The position numbers were made by a program, and so were the translations under genes. The notes beneath the pieces were generated by a model. The model did not search any database, was not told where the DNA came from, and was given only the letters and a program-made list of their open reading frames with translations. This document shows positions 47,478 to 57,657 of a stretch of DNA of 64,000 nucleotides, piece after piece. Source of the DNA: Polyangiaceae bacterium (GTDB taxonomy: Bacteria; Myxococcota_A; Polyangia; Polyangiales; Polyangiaceae); assembly GCA_965222375.1 (NCBI GenBank), contig CBDCTZ010000016.1, positions 1,664,001 to 1,728,000 of the forward strand, written 5' to 3'. The number at the start of each line of letters is the position of its first letter. Within the stretch, counting starts at the first letter, position 1.

Positions 47478-49892
47478 TCAGCTCTTGACGCAATTTCCGG
47501 CGTTGTCTTTCGCGAAGCCGTCTCGGCACTCGCAATAGGCATCCTCGATGTCCAAGTTGCTCGTGGTGTCGTTGCCGCCCATGCCCACGATGACGTCCTT
47601 GCCGGAGGTGCCGCTCAAGGCGTCGTCGCCCTGAGTTCCCAGGTGAGTGGCTTGGCGCCCGTTGCAACTGATCAGGCCCGCATGGTCCATGATGGCCTGA
47701 GCGGCACTTTGGGGAGGTGATGTCAGAGCGGTTGCGTCGTCCCAGCCTAGAGCGCCGAAGGTCCAAGGCGTTGCTTCACTCCGCTTGACTGGGGCGTTGG
47801 TGAAGTTCCCCTTTGTACTCTGGTTCTCCGGGTAGTGCAGGTCCCCATTCAGGTAGAACCAATAGAAGGACGTACCATCGACGACATTGTCTAGGTAGTC
47901 GACGTTGCGGCCACCCTTGTCCTGCTGAATCCCTCGCGTGAGCTTCGAGGTGCCCGGAGTGTCCTGCTTGAGGTAGTTGTTTGAAACCAACGACCTGCTT
48001 CCGGCCTTCGCCGCGCACGATGTGTCTGTCACGGGCTTCGTGCTGGATGTCGCTCCGTTTGGACCGACGTGATAGATGGCGCCCCCGTCGTATAGGTGTT
48101 CGAAGTAGTCTTCGATGAAGTTGAACTGGGCCTTGACCTGGCGATGCTCTGCCGACTTCCAGTCCCAATCCCAGCCGTAGCCGAGGGCAATGCCGTTGTG
48201 GGGGACCTTTCGGATGCGGTTGTGGTTGACCCGAAGGCAGCCCGCCTTGACCGCGTTGATGGCTGCGGACGCCCAATACTCCGTTCCGGAACGCAGGACG
48301 TCGTTATTGATGACGTCGATGAACAGGTTCGGAACCGCCCCGGCGGGAGGCGCGCCGGTTGGATCTAGTCCGGTTCCGAGCATGTGATGGTAGCGGTGCC
48401 CTACCAGGACGGCTCCGTCCGCGATGTCAGTGAAACTATTGCCGTTGATAACCATGTCCTTGACGTCGTTTTCGATGCTGACCCCGATGCCGCCGAGGTT
48501 CCTGAAAGAGTTGCCGAGAATCTGAATCTCGCCTGCGCCCTCGACGACAATGGCTGCCGCGGGCGTAGCTTGCGCATATTGGTACCAGGTGGGCGGCTTG
48601 CCACCTCGTTGCCAGAGGGACCCTTGGCTCACCACCACGCCGTCGCTATTCGGCTTCTCGTAGGTCGTGTGGCGGAACTCGATGCCCTCGAAACGGATCT
48701 TCTCGACCCGATTGGCGCCGTCGCCCACCATCGTTACCAGGTGTTCGGCCAACGGCACGATAGTCTCTTCACCGTTCGGGTCTTTCGCCCACTGCAGGTA
48801 GAGCGTGTCGGTTGATGCATCCAAAGCCCAATCGCCATCCGCCTTAATCAGGCTCACGTGGTTTTCGAGGACGACCGTGTCGAAGGGTTTGGCGAAGAGG
48901 TTCGGGTTGTGAGCCGCGGCAAGTGCGGCGGCGTTCAGCTCCAAATCCCGGCTAGAGCCGTTTGCGCTGATCTTGTCCACGGGGATGCGATGGGCTTGCC
49001 AGCTCCGGTCCTCCCACCATGCGCTGCCATTCCACTTCCAAGGGCGAACGAAGTGAACTTCGACATCACAGGAAGTGCATGTGGCGTCGAGCACTGAAGT
49101 CGGAAAGCGCATCTTGGTCCAGGTGCCGGCGTTGCACTTCTTGGCTCCGTAGTTGTACGCGCCCTTGTCGCAGCCCGTTGCATCGCCGGCCCCCGACGGC
49201 AAGCTAGCAACCTGTTCGCCGCTGTTGGCACGCATCGCTGGCGCTCCATTGATGTACAGCTGGCGGGGCGCCCCCGCTGCGCTCGGTAGCGTGGCCTTCC
49301 AGATGCTGCCACTGTGTTTGGTCCAGCCCGACACCTCCGTGCCGCCGTCCATGCTAGCGGTCTTCGTGGGTTGTGGGCGCCAGACCAGGTCGTGGGACTG
49401 TCCGGAGTCCTGGCTGTCGAGGGTCAACGTGGTGGCGTCCGTCAGCCTGAAGCTGCCGGCCAGCATGATGACCTTGTCGCCGCTGGAAGCCGTGAGGGTG
49501 CGCGCCTTGTCCCGCGCCGCCTTCAGCGTGTTGAATGGATTGGCACAGGTTCCGTCGCCGCCGTCAGCTGCATCCGCATCGGCGTAGATGACGTGCTCGG
49601 CGCCACTCGGCACCGCGCAGGGATCGAGATCGCTACCGCCCGCACCTCCCGTGCCCGTGCCGCCGGTCCCCGTTCCGCTCGTGCCACCGGTGCTCGTACC
49701 GCCCGCGCCCGCGCCCGCGGCTGCCCCACCGCCACTGCTGCCGCCACTGCCGCCAGCCGCCTGAGCTGGCCCGTCGGAGTCGGAAGAACTGCCGCAGCCG
49801 CCTAGGAGCATCGTCGCAGCAGCGCAGCAGCCAAGCACTCGAAATCGAGACAACATTCGCAAACCTCCACCCGCTGCAATCGCAAGTCTCAT
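47478..49892 (-). CDS. right-handed beta-helix lipoprotein, GH141-like, with C-terminal RTX-like Ca-binding repeats
   Basis: LGG-C, Gly linker, RQLYING...RA, IRFEGIEFRHT, NGIALGYGW, LYDGGAIY; GTQGDDALSGTSGKDVIVGMGGND. Confidence 0.72.
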   Translation of the reverse strand: MRLAIAAGGGLRMLSRFRVLGCCAAATMLLGGCGSSSDSDGPAQAAGGSGGSSGGGAAAGAGAGGTSTGGTSGTGTGGTGTGGAGGSDLDPCAVPSGAEHVIYADADAADGGDGTCANPFNTLKAARDKARTLTASSGDKVIMLAGSFRLTDATTLTLDSQDSGQSHDLVWRPQPTKTASMDGGTEVSGWTKHSGSIWKATLPSAAGAPRQLYINGAPAMRANSGEQVASLPSGAGDATGCDKGAYNYGAKKCNAGTWTKMRFPTSVLDATCTSCDVEVHFVRPWKWNGSAWWEDRSWQAHRIPVDKISANGSSRDLELNAAALAAAHNPNLFAKPFDTVVLENHVSLIKADGDWALDASTDTLYLQWAKDPNGEETIVPLAEHLVTMVGDGANRVEKIRFEGIEFRHTTYEKPNSDGVVVSQGSLWQRGGKPPTWYQYAQATPAAAIVVEGAGEIQILGNSFRNLGGIGVSIENDVKDMVINGNSFTDIADGAVLVGHRYHHMLGTGLDPTGAPPAGAVPNLFIDVINNDVLRSGTEYWASAAINAVKAGCLRVNHNRIRKVPHNGIALGYGWDWDWKSAEHRQVKAQFNFIEDYFEHLYDGGAIYHVGPNGATSSTKPVTDTSCAAKAGSRSLVSNNYLKQDTPGTSKLTRGIQQDKGGRNVDYLDNVVDGTSFYWFYLNGDLHYPENQSTKGNFTNAPVKRSEATPWTFGALGWDDATALTSPPQSAAQAIMDHAGLISCNGRQATHLGTQGDDALSGTSGKDVIVGMGGNDTTSNLDIEDAYCECRDGFAKDNAGNCVKS

Positions 49893-49992
49893 GCCGCACG
49901 AGTTACGCGCGAAACGCGACCAGTTCGCCGGCCTGGGTGCTGGGAAGCTGCGCAGCCTGAGCAGGGTGTCGCCAGGCCGGAGCCGCTGACTT

Positions 49993-52578
49993 TCAGAAGT
50001 TCACGAAGGGCAACGACTCGCCCATTTGCCCCGGCGCCGCGCCGCGGCTCTGGTTGTCCGCTATGCCCAGCTGTCCGATCGCGTTGTCGCCCCAGCACTT
50101 GACCGTGCGTCGGCGTTCCTGGATGACAGCGCAGCTGTGGTACATGCCGACGCTGACCCACTTGGCGTCGCGTCCCGCGCCCAGGTCCACGTAAGGTAGC
50201 GCGTTGCCCATTTCTCCCGGCTGGTCTCCGAGGTCGTCGGTGCTGCCCAAACCCGTTTGGCCAAATGCGCCGTCTCCCCAGCACTTCACTCGATCGTTGT
50301 CGAGGGTGACGCAGACGTGGTGCGAACCGACGCTTACACTGGTTGGGCTGAGTCCGCTTCCCAGGTCGACGCTGGGCAAAGCATTGCCCAGCTCTCCCGG
50401 CTGATCCCCCAGGGCTTGAATCACCCCGTTGCCGAGCAGACCTTGGCCGGCTCCGCCCCAGCACTTGAGGGGGCCACTGTCGAGAATCGCGCACATGCTG
50501 TTTGGGCCGACCGCGAGGTACGCTGGCTTTTCGCCTGCGCCGAGATCGATCGCTGGCAGGCTATCGCCCATTTCTCCTGGATCGTCTCCGCGATTGTTGG
50601 TGTCGCCGAGGCCCAGGCGGCCCCAGTTGTTCTGGCCCCAACACTTGAGTTCGTCGTTGTCCAACAAGACGCAGGAGCCGTTTCCACCCAATGACAGCGC
50701 GATGGGCGTGCGACCGGTTCCGAGTTGGACCGTGGGCAGAGCGCTCCCCATTTCCCCGGGATCATCCCCGCGGTCTTCGACGTCTCCCAGCCCGAGCTGC
50801 CCGTACTTATTGCTGCCCCAGCACTTCACCGTTTCGTCATCGAGAATGGCGCAGGCGTGAGCCGACCCCACTGCGATTTGCTCCGCGGTCCGACCCGGTC
50901 CGAAGTCGATCGCCGGAAGACTGCTGCCCTGGTCGGCTGGACGCGCGCCGCGGGCACGGGTGTCTCCTTGCCCGAGCAGTGCTGAGCCTGCGCCCATGCA
51001 CTTGACCTTGCCGTTGTCCAGCAGCACGCAGAGGCCATAGTTGGCGGCCCCGATCCCCTTGGCTGTTCTCCAGAAGCCGAGCCTGACGTAGGACGCTTCG
51101 TCACCGCTTTCGTCCCCGACCGCGGTGGAGCGCCCGACGCCGAGTTCGCCCAGGTAGTTGCTGCCCCAACACTTGACGCTCGCGTTGTCGAGCAAGGCGC
51201 AATTGAAGAGGTTCGGTGTTCCCGCCGGTAGGCTGGTGATGCTCCGACCCGTTCCCAGGGATACCGGTGGAAGGCTGTTGCCCATCTCTCCTGGGTCGTC
51301 CCCGCGATTGGCATTGTCCCCCAAGCCGAGCGCTCCGGTGCCGTTGCCGCCCCAGCACTTGAGGCTGGCGTCATCCAGTCGGGCGCAGGTGGATGCGAGC
51401 CCGCCGACCAGTTTCGTCGCCGTCCTGCCTGTGCCTAGAGCTAGCTGTGGCAGCGCGTCGCCCATGCTTCCTGGGCTGGAGCCTCGCTCGGCAGTATCGC
51501 CCAATCCGAGTTGGCCCGAGCGGTTGTCGCCCCAGCACTTGACGCCGTTGTTGTCGAGCACGACGCAGGTGTGGCTCGCCCCGGATTCGACCGAGAGTGC
51601 GGTGCGGCCCGTGCCCAACGCAACCGCTGGCAGGCTGTCCCCCATCTCGCCGCTGGAGCCGCCACGCTGTGCGGTATCCCCCAAACCGAGTTGCCCCCTC
51701 GAGTTCAACCCCCAGCACTTGACGGAGTTGTTGTCGAGAACCGCGCAGGTATGGAGGGCACCCGCCGAGACCGCTAGCGCCGTGCGCCCGGTTCCGAGAT
51801 CGATGGCGCTGAGCGCGTCACCCATCTCACCCGGACCATCCCCACGGATCAGGTTGTCCCCCTGACCCAGGACGCCAAAGTAGTTGTTGTAGCCCCAGCA
51901 CTTCACGCTGTTGTCATCGAGCAGGGCGCAGGCGTGATTGTGCCCCGTCGTGATTGCTTTGGCCGTGCGCCCTGTACCCAGCTCGATGGCCGGAAGCGCA
52001 TCGCCCATTTCACCGGGTTGGTCGCCCAGATCGCTAGGGCTGCCTTGGCCGAGCTGCCCATGCCTGCCGCTGCCCCAACACTTCACGCTGTCGTTGTCGA
52101 GCAGGGCGCAGTTGAAAGAAAACCCAGCGGAGATTGCTTTGGCTGTGCGCCCAGAACCGAGATCCACCGTGGGCAGGGCATCACCGAGCTCACCTTCACC
52201 GGCCGAGCGGTGGTTGGTGTCGCCCAAGCCGAGAGCTCCGGAGCGGTTTTCGCCCCAGCACTTCACACTGTCGTTGTCGAGGATTGCACACGCATGATGC
52301 GGCCCTGTTGCAAGGGCCTTGGCCGTTCGGCCCGTGCCCAGATCCACGCTAGGGAGACTGTCGCCCATTTCGCCGGCTGCGAGCCCAACGTCATTGGTGG
52401 TCGTACCCTGCTGGCCGAAGGCGTTGTTGCCCCAGCAGCGAACCGCGCCACTGCGCTCCAACACGCAGCTGAACGTCGCGCCGCTTACCAGCTCGGGGGA
52501 AGTCCTGCGGCAGCCCATGAGCGTCGAGCCGAGCAGGAGTATCGGCAACAACGCGACTAGAGTTCGATGAATAGCCAT
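49993..52578 (-). CDS. RCC1/BLIP-II-like repeat lipoprotein (14 repeats)
   Basis: 14 copies of (V/L)(K/R)C(W/M)G, most followed by GQLG and EMGDxLPxVDLG; lipobox LMG-C. Confidence 0.9.
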   Translation of the reverse strand: MAIHRTLVALLPILLLGSTLMGCRRTSPELVSGATFSCVLERSGAVRCWGNNAFGQQGTTTNDVGLAAGEMGDSLPSVDLGTGRTAKALATGPHHACAILDNDSVKCWGENRSGALGLGDTNHRSAGEGELGDALPTVDLGSGRTAKAISAGFSFNCALLDNDSVKCWGSGRHGQLGQGSPSDLGDQPGEMGDALPAIELGTGRTAKAITTGHNHACALLDDNSVKCWGYNNYFGVLGQGDNLIRGDGPGEMGDALSAIDLGTGRTALAVSAGALHTCAVLDNNSVKCWGLNSRGQLGLGDTAQRGGSSGEMGDSLPAVALGTGRTALSVESGASHTCVVLDNNGVKCWGDNRSGQLGLGDTAERGSSPGSMGDALPQLALGTGRTATKLVGGLASTCARLDDASLKCWGGNGTGALGLGDNANRGDDPGEMGNSLPPVSLGTGRSITSLPAGTPNLFNCALLDNASVKCWGSNYLGELGVGRSTAVGDESGDEASYVRLGFWRTAKGIGAANYGLCVLLDNGKVKCMGAGSALLGQGDTRARGARPADQGSSLPAIDFGPGRTAEQIAVGSAHACAILDDETVKCWGSNKYGQLGLGDVEDRGDDPGEMGSALPTVQLGTGRTPIALSLGGNGSCVLLDNDELKCWGQNNWGRLGLGDTNNRGDDPGEMGDSLPAIDLGAGEKPAYLAVGPNSMCAILDSGPLKCWGGAGQGLLGNGVIQALGDQPGELGNALPSVDLGSGLSPTSVSVGSHHVCVTLDNDRVKCWGDGAFGQTGLGSTDDLGDQPGEMGNALPYVDLGAGRDAKWVSVGMYHSCAVIQERRRTVKCWGDNAIGQLGIADNQSRGAAPGQMGESLPFVNF

Positions 52579-53173
52579 GTTGGGGACCCCTCAGAAACGC
52601 TCAGCCTACCGCGAGTCGAAGCAGAAACCAGCATGAAACTGCAGTGTCCGAACCCCCGGCCCCCACAGGGGCGGGGCAGCGTTGACCCAAGTGCCCGAAG
52701 TCCCTGGTTTTCGGGTTGTGGCGCGCAATCTCTTGCTCAATCACGCGCAGCCTTGCGCGCTCGCTCGCGCCAAGTGGGGGCGTTGTAGGGCCCTGTTGCC
52801 GACGACCTGCCCTGGTCCAGCCCTTGCTGCTGCTTGGGCATTCGCGTCGCGGGCTTTGTCGAGTCCAAGGTGGGCAACCGGAAGGTTCTCTACGTGGACT
52901 GCACGCGGCTCTCCAGGAGCGGAAGCAAGCGCAAGTGTGGCTCTCTTCCGGGCTACTTGTTCATGAACAAGTTGACGGGTTCCTGAGCGCGGGTCGCATC
53001 CGCCAGTCCCAGCGCCGGACCAGTTCGAGCGCGCCACCACGGCGGCGGCCCAAAGCAAAGGCCGCCCCAACTGCATCCGTTGCGGAGCTCCTCGGGCGTG
53101 GTGCAGGGGTTGCGCGACGCTTCCCCGCTCTGCCGAGCAACAGAGTGGCATTCCCCATGCACGTGCTTGCACC

Positions 53174-55870
53174 GTGGCCAAAGCGCGGGCTGCTGCCATT
53201 GTCGAACTGCCAGAAAAGCCTTGGGCCGAGCCGGCCTCGGAGGTGCTTGTCGCGTTGGATTCGACTCGCGACGGCCTGTCCGAGGCCGAGTGTCGCCGTC
53301 GGAGGAGCCGCTACGGCAAGAACCGGCTGCGGGAAGCCCGAGCACGCAGCGTGTGGCTGATATTGGTTGCTCAGTTTCGGGGAGTTCTCACGGCGCTGCT
53401 GGCGGCCGCCATGGTCGCTTCCTTCGTTTTCAATCGCCTCGTCGAAGGGGTGGCGGTTGGCGCCGTCATATTGATGAATGCCGGTATCGGATTCGCGATG
53501 GAGTTGCGCGCGACTCGTTCGATGGAGGCGCTCCGCAAGCTGGGTCAGGTCAACGCGACGGTTCGCCGGGAAGGGGAACTACACCAGATCCCGGCGCCCG
53601 AACTCGTCCCTGGTGACATCGTCGTCTTCGAAGCCGGCGACGTGGTGACCGCCGACCTGCGCGTCGTCGAGTCCAGCAAGTTGGAAGCAGATGAATCGAT
53701 GTTGACGGGCGAGTCGCTGCCGGTCGCTAAGTCGAACTCAGCTTCCGACCAACAGGCTCCACTCGCGGAACGACCTTCGATGCTGTTCAAAGGCACTTCC
53801 CTGACTCGCGGTGCCGGTGAGGCCGTCGTCGTGGCCACGGGCATGAACACGGAACTCGGTCGCATCTCGCAACTAGTGGAAGAGGCGGAGGATGAAACGA
53901 CGCCCTTGGAGCAGCGGCTCAACAGTCTTGGCAAGCGCTTGCTGTGGCTCACGTTGCTGATCGCGCTGCTGGTGGCGGGGTTCGGTATCGCTGCGGGTCA
54001 CGACGTCGTGTTGATTGTCGAGACCAGCATCGCGCTGGCCGTGGCCACCGTTCCCGAAGGGCTGCCGATCGTGGCTACCTTGGCGTTGGCTCGTGGCATG
54101 TGGCGCATGGCGCGCTCCAACGCTGTGGCCAAGCGGCTCTCGGCGGTGGAAACCCTGGGAGCCACCAGCGTCATTCTGACCGACAAGACGGGAACCCTCA
54201 CCGAGAACCGCCTGGCGGTGGCAGAGCTCGTTGTTGGACTGCGCTGGGTGTCCGTGGGTGGTGCCGGCTTGGAGCGAACGGGTGACTTCACCCACGACGG
54301 CAGGCCGCCAGACCCCGAGACCCTGGCCGTCCTGCGGCGAGCGCTGACGCTTGGTGTGCTTTGCAACAACGCGGATCTGCCGAGTGACCCCGCGGAGCCA
54401 CCGGTGGGCGAACCCCTTGAGGTCGCGCTGCTGATCGCCGGGGCGAAAGCTGGCCTGAGTGCCGAGAGCCTACTCACGGCCCAGCCCGAGCGGCGGGAGG
54501 AAACCTTCGACCCGGATACCAAGATGATGGCGACGTTTCATGACGCCGCCGCCGGCTTCTTGGTTGCGGTCAAAGGCGCCCCAGAGGCGGTTCTGAGCGC
54601 CTGCAGCGCTCACTGCACGGTGGCCGGAAACGAGCCCCTCGACTCATCCGCCAAGCAAGCGTGGCTATCCCACAACGAACAGCTGGCTCGACGTGGCTAC
54701 CGAATCATTGCCGTTGCAGAAAAGCTGGCTCAGCATATGGATGCGGATCCTTATGACGAGTTGACGTTGATCGGATTGGTGGCCATGGCCGATCCGCCGC
54801 GTTCGGAGGTGCGCCAAGTCATCCATGATTGTGGGCGCGCCGGCATTCGCCTCGTGATGTTGACCGGTGACCAAGCCCCGACGGCCGTCCGCGTCGCGCG
54901 CAGCGTGGGGTTGGTTCCGCAGGGGCAGGAGCCTGTGGTTCTCAGCGGCGTCACAGAGGGAACGTCCCCCGAAGCCCTGCTTGACACGACTGTGTTCGCG
55001 CGCTCGACCCCGAAGCAGAAGCTCGATGTCATCACCTTGCATCAGGGCGCGGGTGCCATCGTCGCCATGCTGGGTGATGGCGTGAACGACGCACCGGCGC
55101 TGCGAAAGTCGGACATCGGCGTAGCGATGGGTGGGCGAGGTACTCAGGTGGCACGTGAGGCTGCAGATCTCGTGCTCCAGGACGACGCTCTGAAAACGAT
55201 CGTGCTGGCGGTGCGCGAGGGTCGCGTGATCTTCGACAACATTCGGAAGTTCGCGGTCTATTTGCTGTCCTGCAACGTCAGCGAGCTACTGGCCGTCGGC
55301 ATTGCCGCTCTTGTAGGGCTTCCGCTACCCCTGCTGCCACTGCAGATCTTGTTCTTGAACCTGGTCACGGACGTCTTTCCGGCGCTCGCGTTAGGCGCCT
55401 GCGAAGGAGAAAAGGCGGTCATGCAGCGATCCCCGCGGCCCGCCAAAGAGGACCTGTTGGAGCGCAGCCACTGGCTGTCCATCGGGGGCCATGGGCTCGC
55501 CATCACCGCTGCCGTCCTTGCGTCGCTGCTCTACGGGCTCGAGCTGAAGGGGTGGGACGAAAGCACGGCCGTCACGGTTTCCTTCGCGACCTTGGGGCTT
55601 GCTCAGCTATGGCACGTCTTCAACATGCGCCAGCCTAGGGCGAAGGTGGTCAGAAACGAAGTGACTCGCAACGCCTGGGTTTGGGGATCGATTGCATTGT
55701 GCGTGCTGTTGATTCTCGCAGCCGTCTACCTTCCGCCCTTGGCCCGCGTGCTGGAGACGTCAGCGCTGGGTGCCGACGCCTGGCTCGTCGTCTTGCTGTT
55801 CAGTTTGGCGCCGTTGGTCCTGGGCCAAGTCTGGCTGGAGCTGCGGAAGCGACTCTCGTCCGGGCAATGA
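53174..55870 (+). CDS. P-type cation-transporting ATPase (P2A, Ca2+-like)
   Basis: TGES, VPEGL, DKTGTLT, KGAPE, TGD, GDGVNDAPAL, LFLNLVTD. Confidence 0.95.
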   Translation: MAKARAAAIVELPEKPWAEPASEVLVALDSTRDGLSEAECRRRRSRYGKNRLREARARSVWLILVAQFRGVLTALLAAAMVASFVFNRLVEGVAVGAVILMNAGIGFAMELRATRSMEALRKLGQVNATVRREGELHQIPAPELVPGDIVVFEAGDVVTADLRVVESSKLEADESMLTGESLPVAKSNSASDQQAPLAERPSMLFKGTSLTRGAGEAVVVATGMNTELGRISQLVEEAEDETTPLEQRLNSLGKRLLWLTLLIALLVAGFGIAAGHDVVLIVETSIALAVATVPEGLPIVATLALARGMWRMARSNAVAKRLSAVETLGATSVILTDKTGTLTENRLAVAELVVGLRWVSVGGAGLERTGDFTHDGRPPDPETLAVLRRALTLGVLCNNADLPSDPAEPPVGEPLEVALLIAGAKAGLSAESLLTAQPERREETFDPDTKMMATFHDAAAGFLVAVKGAPEAVLSACSAHCTVAGNEPLDSSAKQAWLSHNEQLARRGYRIIAVAEKLAQHMDADPYDELTLIGLVAMADPPRSEVRQVIHDCGRAGIRLVMLTGDQAPTAVRVARSVGLVPQGQEPVVLSGVTEGTSPEALLDTTVFARSTPKQKLDVITLHQGAGAIVAMLGDGVNDAPALRKSDIGVAMGGRGTQVAREAADLVLQDDALKTIVLAVREGRVIFDNIRKFAVYLLSCNVSELLAVGIAALVGLPLPLLPLQILFLNLVTDVFPALALGACEGEKAVMQRSPRPAKEDLLERSHWLSIGGHGLAITAAVLASLLYGLELKGWDESTAVTVSFATLGLAQLWHVFNMRQPRAKVVRNEVTRNAWVWGSIALCVLLILAAVYLPPLARVLETSALGADAWLVVLLFSLAPLVLGQVWLELRKRLSSGQ

Positions 55871-56041
55871 GTTGCGCAGGCGATGGTTCGCGCACCGAGC
55901 GACCAACTCGCACCCCGTGAGTCCGCCCTCGACACTTCTTGCGCGCACACCTGCGCACTCGCTCGCACCCGTCATCATGCGCCGGCTTGTCGCAGTCGAA
56001 CTGGCATGCGAACCTGAGACACGCTTAGGGAGATTTCGACA

Positions 56042-57259
56042 ATGGCAAACCGAGTCGTGTTTGGGTGTTTGGCTGCGGCGCTGACCTTGGGCACTCAGTT
56101 GGGCTGTGGCTCCGACAGTGACGGAGCCAGCGCGACCGGGGGCACGTCGGGCGGAGGCGGCTCTGGCGCAGGCAGCTCGGGCACTGGCGCGGGGACCGGC
56201 ACCGGCGCAAGCCCGGGCACCGGCGGCGGCGCGGGCAGCATTCACAATCCCCTCGCGAATCCCGAGTCTGGGCCGCCCGCAGGCAACCCGAATGGCAACT
56301 GCAGCCTGCCCATTCCGGGCGACGCGCTGCCCGAAGACGTCTCCAATCCGACGACGGTGGTTGGTGATGGGACGCCAGCGAGCTGCACGTCCGAAGCGGT
56401 GGTTGCCGCCGTCGCCAAGGGTGGGGTCATCACCTTCGACTGCGGTGCCGACCCCGTCGTGATCAAGATGAAAGAAACCGCCAAGATCGTGAACGACACC
56501 GGGCCGAAAATCGTCATCGATGGCGGCGGCAAGGTCGTGCTCAGCGGGGACGGCCAAAACCGCATCTTGTACATGAACACCTGTGACGAAAAGCAGAAGT
56601 GGACGACGTCCCACTGCCAAAACCAGGATCATCCGCAGCTCAGCATTCAGAACATCACCTTTTCAGACGGCAACGCGAAGAACGTCGAGCATGGCGGCGG
56701 CGCGATCTTTTCGCGCGGAGGCCGGATCAAGATCATCAACAGCCGCTTCTTCAACAACGTGTGCGAGGACGTAGGTCCGGACATCGGTGGAGCCGCAGTT
56801 CGGGTGCTCAGTCAATTCGAAGACAAGCCCGTATACGTCGTGAACACGACCTTCGGCGGCGAGGCCGGCGGTTTTGGCAACAAGTGCTCCAATGGCGGCG
56901 GCATCAGCAGCATCGGTGTCTCCTGGACCGTGATCAACAGCCTGTTTTCCCACAACGAAGCGGTTGGCAACGGTGCCAATCCGGCAAAACCCGGTACCCC
57001 AGGTGGCGGCAGCGGCGGCGGGATCTACAACGACGGCAACACCATGACCCTCTCGATCTGCGGCGTTCTGATCGAGAACAACAAGGTCAACGCCCATGGC
57101 AGCGCCATCTTCTTCGTGACCAACGATCACTCGGGCAACATCGTGATCAACGACTCGGTGATCAAGAACAACACCGGTGGCTCCTGGTATGCACAGCCCG
57201 GGATCTCGATGCACGACGACACCAAGATCGAGATCAACAATTCGACCTTGGAAAACTAG
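56042..57259 (+). CDS. beta-helix (pectin-lyase-like/Pmp-like) lipoprotein
   Basis: QLG-C lipobox, Gly linker, GGAI/GGGI motifs alternating with FxxN motifs. Confidence 0.78.
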   Translation: MANRVVFGCLAAALTLGTQLGCGSDSDGASATGGTSGGGGSGAGSSGTGAGTGTGASPGTGGGAGSIHNPLANPESGPPAGNPNGNCSLPIPGDALPEDVSNPTTVVGDGTPASCTSEAVVAAVAKGGVITFDCGADPVVIKMKETAKIVNDTGPKIVIDGGGKVVLSGDGQNRILYMNTCDEKQKWTTSHCQNQDHPQLSIQNITFSDGNAKNVEHGGGAIFSRGGRIKIINSRFFNNVCEDVGPDIGGAAVRVLSQFEDKPVYVVNTTFGGEAGGFGNKCSNGGGISSIGVSWTVINSLFSHNEAVGNGANPAKPGTPGGGSGGGIYNDGNTMTLSICGVLIENNKVNAHGSAIFFVTNDHSGNIVINDSVIKNNTGGSWYAQPGISMHDDTKIEINNSTLEN

Positions 57260-57269
57260 GCCACGGCCC

Positions 57270-57584
57270 CTACGGAACGCACCGGCGCAGGAATATTTCC
57301 GTGCTGCCAGTGGTGGAATTGGTGAGATTGCCCCCAACGGGCTCCCAGTCGCCGGTATTGGCCGGAGTGTTGAGCGCAGGAACCTTGATCACTTTGAATT
57401 CCCATTGAGAGCAATCGGCGGGAGCGGCTTCGGCCTCCGGGACCGGACCGTCGCTCGGCCTGCTGTCGTCTATCAGCCCCGCGTCGGCGAGTAGACCGGA
57501 ACCGGTTCCAGCACTGCATGCGGCGACGACGCCGTAGATCGCAAACGCTCCGACCAATGACCCGAGTACCATGTTGATTCGCAT
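57270..57584 (-). CDS. small hypothetical lipoprotein
   Basis: Hydrophobic N-terminus ending VAA-C; two further Cys. Confidence 0.6.
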   Translation of the reverse strand: MRINMVLGSLVGAFAIYGVVAACSAGTGSGLLADAGLIDDSRPSDGPVPEAEAAPADCSQWEFKVIKVPALNTPANTGDWEPVGGNLTNSTTGSTEIFLRRCVP

Positions 57585-57657
57585 CCACGCACCCTAGTCG
57601 CGCCCGCGAAATCTGGCATCAGTTTTCGAAGAGTGCGTACTGGCGACTCCGCAGTCA

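Noticed and set aside
52790..52986. Coding-like stretch (IRVAGFVESKVGNRKVLYVDC) in the gap before the P-type ATPase
   Set aside because: Preceded by an in-frame stop, no convincing start and no recognisable family
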